From assembly GCF_964355755.1 (NCBI RefSeq), contig NC_092674.1, forward strand, positions 2,604,001 through 2,668,000: a DNA stretch of 64,000 nucleotides. The letters are read 5' to 3'. Source of the stretch: Antedon mediterranea (taxonomy: Eukaryota; Animalia; Echinodermata). The notes beneath the pieces are model-generated. The model made no database searches. It was not told the DNA's origin and worked only from the letters and a program-made list of their open reading frames with translations. A program made the position numbers and the translations under genes. Below, piece after piece: positions 58,205 through 64,000 of this stretch. The stretch's first letter is position 1, and each line of letters opens with the position of its first letter.

Positions 58205-58559
58205 TATTATTAGATGATTTAAAAAAATGCAAGTAGGAGGCCTACGTATATTGGTGAGATAGGAGAATTTTCAAATTGTAAAGGTGTTTCCCTTTAGTCC
58301 GGGTAGTCTGAGCAGGCATATATATATAATAAAGGTTAACACGGTCACTACTCTTTACGAAAAACATTGATTACTTCAGTTACGCATTTTTATTACCAAT
58401 TCGTTCAGGTAAAAGATGAATTGAAGAAACATAAATGGCTAAAGCGCCTTTTCAGACGTGTTGACCCCATGCAATCGGAACCACAAACAATCCAATCCAA
58501 TCTTGTTAGTTTATTACCGTATATTGGAATGGAGAACATTTATTGATGATTGTGTATAA

Positions 58560-58897
58560 AGCTTGGTTCCCACTAGGACGCAACAACATGACGTAAGCAC
58601 AACGCAAGCGAGTTGACCAATCACAAGCGAAACTTCGGATAATCCATCGCTTGTGATTGGTTAAATTGCTTACGTCGCGCTTACGTCGTTGCATTACGTC
58701 TTAAGCGTGGTTCCCACTAGCGACGCAACGCAAGGACGTAACGCAACGCAAGTGAACTGAACAATCACAAGCGATGGCTTATTCGCTTTTGATTGCTAAC
58801 TGTATAAGTTCGCTTGTCATTGGTTAAAACGCTTGCGTTGCGTTTACGTCCTTGCGTTACGTTCTAGTGGGAACCAAGCTTTAGTGAGAACCAAGCG
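58560..58897. mobile_element. MITE with a related MITE (58704-58880) nested inside
   Basis: Two GGTTCCCACTAG starts and two matching ends; the inner copy is flanked by TTA/TTA. Confidence 0.8.
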
Positions 58898-59765
58898 TTA
58901 TACTATTAAATTTAATATAGTAATTTTCTTAAATACTTGCATTTTATGTAGTATTCGTTTTATCTTAGACATGGTTTTATAAAGAACAAACTCTTTACGT
59001 GTTTCAAAATGCCTTTATTATTAACGAGTTATTTATTTTACAGACGACGTCAAGCTTGTCTACAACGAGGAAAAAAGGATCTGGTATTCATTACAATGTA
59101 CGCGCACTATTAATGTACGCACAGTATTAATCTATGTACACGACACTATTATTAATGTACGCACACTATTAATGTACGCGCAGTACGAACAACGCGTAAA
59201 TATTGCTATAGTGTGAAACAAAATTTTTACTGAATTTTCACTAGACGAAAACAATGTATGCTTTTTCCAAGAAGTCTACCGAAAATGTTAAGATACAAAG
59301 CTGCTACATGCTAAAAAATGTTAGCCTAGCAAGATAATGTAAGTATAGTTTAAGAATAGGGAATAAGAATTCAATGTTATTTTAAAAGCTAAACTTCATT
59401 TTTCTACGTAATAGATGGATAACTTGTGACCTTAATCTTACGAGGCTTTTTCCACTGAACTATATAACTAAAATATTAATTTTATCATAACGCGCACGTA
59501 AGACTGATTCCCGGGAAGCAACGCTAAAACGCAACGCAACGCAAGCAAGTTGACCAATAGCCAGTGTTCGGTAGTAATCCATCGCTTCTGATTTGTCAAA
59601 TTACTTGCGTTGCTCGTACGTCGTTGCGTTGTACCCAAATCGGTACCAAAAGCTCAACTGAACGTTTAAAAAAAATATTACTAGTTAGATTATTAGTAGC
59701 TTACTTCTCATACAATGTAATTTGAATAAATATAAATTTGCTAGAAAATAGCACCTTAAAAAGTA

Positions 59766-62700
59766 TTAAATAACGGTTTTACTAGTAGATTGCATAGCCG
59801 AAAGTGAAATATCATTTGTGTCGGACCCCTTTCGTGTGTCAGACACCAGTCGCTTTGTATGGCGCTCCGCCGGTAGAATGCAATTTCTAACTGCATTAAA
59901 CCAGGATCGCCATACCTGTCTACATTCATTTCGTAATACACAAAATAGAATAAAGACAGCAACTCCCTGGAAAGAGTTTAATACAGTGAAAATAACGACA
60001 AACGCTTTACTTGTTGTGTGTTTGAAAGATAAAAATCCAAAAATCCACGTGAGGCCCAACAATAGTGAAATGGCTATGGCGTTTGCAGCTCTTTTCCGCT
60101 TCGTTTTCCTGGTTTTCGTGGAAATCTTACCGAGGGTTGGTGCTCGAATGAATAGTTTCTTAATCACCATTACAAAGATGACAAAGTTGCAACCGATGAT
60201 TGCGCCAATAGGTGCAATCACGAATATGTTGAAAAACACCCCCATCGAACTGTCAACGTAGCAACTGGAATAACAAATACAAACAAACTAATTAGTTTTT
60301 TAAAATCGGTTCCATTATTCCGGGTACATTTCCAGTATGCCTATAAAGCCACTCTCCTCAATTCGGCATCAATTAATTCATTATTTGCAACCCGTATTCA
60401 TCTGCTGCCGTCGTTTCTAAAATTCATTCTGCATCCTCAACCAAAATATATGATCATGCGCAGAATGGCTGTCGGTTGCCTGGCATGAAAATGAAAAGGT
60501 CTAACTCAAGACACCCCAATTAAATACTGTGGCTTTATAATTACATCTTCTGTAGACTACTGTAACTAAGAAAACATCCGATTTTGCAGCGGTCGCTAGA
60601 TACTATCTAACTGACCATCGCAAGTCAGTTAATACAAGTCTAGATGCATAGTCAATTAGATAGTACCTGTGGTAGCAGCAGAATCACGGTGAATAAACGT
60701 ATGCTGACATTAGAAGCCTAGACATTGGATTGGGGTTTTTTTTGGGCATTACTATTAAATTTAGTTTAGTTTACTTGTTAGTTGACATCATTCTATACTT
60801 ACTAATCTTCGTTTGTATAAAATTTCTTTGACGACAAATACAACGCAACAATCACTACCAAAGGTATGCCTGCAACATAATATATACACAGTAAGTAATT
60901 GTTAAAATTTTATAAAACTAAACGATAAGAAATATTTGATTGTATTGACTCGATTCCAAATACCATTCCAAATTTTATGGTAGTTTATTCCAATTCTATT
61001 TTTTATCCTATGTGTGTTCGTCCAACTTTTATTTCATCCTCTTTTAAAATGATTATAATTATTGAAATACATCGCACGTAATACATATAATATATTTTTA
61101 AAAATCATTTCCATATCCGTGAACTAACAAACTTCTCTACTGTTCAAAATTGTTTTCTAGTAACATGCATTCTTTTCTACAACTACATTCATATTCTTTT
61201 CTACACATTAACATTGAGGACGATCACAGCATATTGATCGAAACGTCGAGAAACTCAACACTTCTTTTCAGAATTAATATACGTGTTGTACCGCAAACTT
61301 TATATCAACATTTGATTTCGCCATGCAAATCTTCAAACAATATATTGTTTAATCATAATTATTAGCATTTAAAAAAAAAGATATGCATGGCATCCGCTCA
61401 GGATGAAGCAAACTCATGTTTGATTGTTAATATTAGCTTAAAAATTGGTTTGATTAAAAGAAATAATATAGGTTTGTTAGAGCTTTTATTATATTCTTTC
61501 AAACCAACTGCTGTAAGACTTCGTTCGACATACCCCAGGCTAAGCTTCCTGCAGTCCACCAAACCTTTCGTCCTGGAACGTTAAACACTTTGATGATTAG
61601 AAAGTACATACTTATGGCTTCCACGAAAGTCCAAGATATTGATACTAGTAGAAAGTAGTGTAGTAGGACTGCCACGGCTATGCAGGACCCGCTACCGGTG
61701 TCTGGTCGATCAATACCAAGGACAAACACTACGTCCAAGAGCAGAAGCGCGATGCATAAGTTGATCATTATCTTTTGGGGCATACGTTGTCTGATTTCCC
61801 TAAGATAACAATAATGTTATTTATCAAAACTCTGAATAATTGATTCACGAAATAACATGAATAATCTAAGTTTGAAAAAAAACATGCCCATGATGTGCCC
61901 AAATATGGTAGTGACATGCTCAAATATGGTAGTGATATGACATCATCATGTCTATATATGGGCACATCACATTTTGTTGTCACATAAAGTTTGATAGTGT
62001 AGACAGAGCTTTACAACCGTTACTGAAGATTTAATAAAATAAAAATACATAGGCCTATTCGAGGTTCTGTTGTGTAGATGTTACCGTTATACTTACTTTA
62101 CACTCAATAATGTAATTATTGTTACAATAAAGCAACAAATAGACAACACGCAACCGATGTACGATATCCAGGACAACGCTCTACCAGGCAGATCCACCTC
62201 ATCTGTTTTACGAAACTGAAATTAAAATTGGAAACAAATACTTATGTATCGCTTTTTCCCTTTGTTTATGACGTCAGTATATGCATAAATCCAACTTACC
62301 CTCTCTGATCAGGAGAAGGAAAAGAAGACAGATCAGACGGTGCATTTGTTACCAAATTGGAAGGAATTTGTGGACCTACGTCACTAGATTTAAACCAACA
62401 CTTCTCCCCACCCACTCTCTTACGGATCTAAGTCACTACCCAGAGGAAAAGTAAAATGATGGCGGATTGTAGAAGAAGCCAAAGACTGTGAAAATGGAAA
62501 AGAAATCAGCGAAAAAAGGCAAATTTAACATTTTTTAAATCTTGGTGATGTCTAACAAACACTCAGATTTCAGATACGGTTGTATTGTTTTTAGAATAAT
62601 ATTATCAAGATATTACGCTAAAAGAAGTAACAAAACCAACAACGCAAAAAACTGAATGAATGAATTATAAAAAATACTCTTTTACTCTGAGACTGAGAAT

Positions 62701-63972
62701 AAATATTACCATAAGAACAGCAAAGCTAGTCAGATGAGAACATTCACACGTGACATTATCCTTATTGCTCTTTGTTGTGCAACCAAGCTCTGACCAATCA
62801 GGGATGGTTTCGTTCCAAAATACGCACTTCGAATTGCTTGACGTCAGATTCTGAAGAAGTAATAGGTACATTAGTAGTTACTTAGCTACATTAGAAATAT
62901 ATTTATTAGTTGGTAAATGATAAAAGTTTGGAATTTAGAAAACTGAACTGATTATGAACATATAAATGTAATGTACAATATCTCTATTTTGAAATGAAAC
63001 TCCACAAATTAAAATAACACATTTTTATAGAAATGTTCGTGTTTTTGTATATTTAGTTTTATAATACCAAGGTTATTTATGCTCTCATAATGGTATGTCT
63101 TGGATTAGGATCAGATTTAGAAGGAGGGACAATCCACATAAAACACAAAATATTGCATTACGCCTATAATTACAAAATAAAGTACATTTGTAGTTTTATC
63201 CTTAAAGATAACAATTTCAGAAGTTTAAAATGAAATCAAGAATAGATACCTCTGGAACATTGAAGACAAGCTCAACCATTGTTTCTGAAGTCATCTCATG
63301 AGAAGGCCGGGTACTGTAGATGGTTGCTGCCAGAACAACTCCAGAAGTTGACCTGTTTGTTTCTTTAAGTGTTTCCGATGGAAAGAGTACATCATTGAAA
63401 AATACAATAAAGCTAAGGTTTGTCTGTGTTCCTGAAAAAAAATATGAAGGATATAGCTTGAAATAGCTGGCTTACTTGCCAATGCCAATATTGGAGAATT
63501 AATGAATGAGGTATACGATGATTTCCATGCATAAAGTTGGTTTTCACACATTTTGCATATATTATTACTTTATCTTAAATAAAGCATTGGTATTGGCATA
63601 ATAAGCGATATTTCTTTGAAAAAACATTTTTTTAACTCATGTAATACCATTTGGTCCAGTTAAAATGTTCTTAGGTAACCGAATTGACAAATCTGAATTC
63701 TTATTTTGGCAGCTTTTATCAATACACGACGAGGCTGTATCATCAGCAGCAACCAAGAAAAATACATCTGACGTCAGAGATTGTGTATTCAAACTTTTGG
63801 TTTCTAAAGCAAATGTGTCCGCAGTTTCGGTAATATTTTGACCATCTTTAGCAGCTGTACCAATTTGGTGTTCAAGAGATGATAAGATTGACGCGGTTGC
63901 TTCAGCGGTGATATCATTTTTGTTCAACACTCCAACAACATTATCAATGGTGTCAATTACAGCTTTAGTGAC
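59766..63972 (-). CDS. Adhesion GPCR gene B2 (paralog of B1), GAIN-7TM exons; 5' part outside window
   Basis: Exons 63972-63648, 63431-63250, 62850-62710, 62215-62097, 61799-61534, 60869-60803, 60264-59766. Same lengths as B1 and open frames. Confidence 0.9.
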
Positions 63973-64000
63973 CTGAAGAAGAAATTAGATACAATACATT

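Larger units (their letters stand above)
56548..59130 (+). pseudogene. 5'-truncated pseudogene copy of gene A (TM2 to C-terminus)
   Basis: Begins mid-TM2 exon. Has a 5-bp deletion at that exon's end, a deletion removing TM4 and the CWLS exon (~57180), and a lost donor at ~58495. Confidence 0.9.

Overview
AT-rich, intron-containing animal genomic DNA, probably a marine invertebrate (echinoderm-like is only a guess). The window holds a tail-to-tail pair of adhesion GPCR genes. Gene A (+, 494-12792) shows GAIN/GPS-7TM exons; its 5' end lies outside the window. Gene B (-, 47348-15278) can be assembled by hand into 15 in-phase exons, about 1195 aa: signal peptide, an unrecognised ~160-aa domain, SRCR, EPN-type C-type lectin, Thr/Arg mucin repeat, HYR, GAIN/GPS and 7TM. 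The pair is tandemly re-duplicated from ~56548, giving a pseudogenised A copy and a near-identical B copy that runs off the window. The introns are full of mobile DNA: a young but defective Gypsy LTR element, an intact two-ORF CR1/L2-group LINE nested in another LINE, a scrambled RTE, nested MITEs (one supplies gene A's stop codon), Helentron-like elements and foldback or satellite arrays. There is also a very recent 6.7-kb duplication with an inverted templated junction and a captured 28S-rRNA-like fragment. All coordinates and splice models were read by eye; no database search was run.
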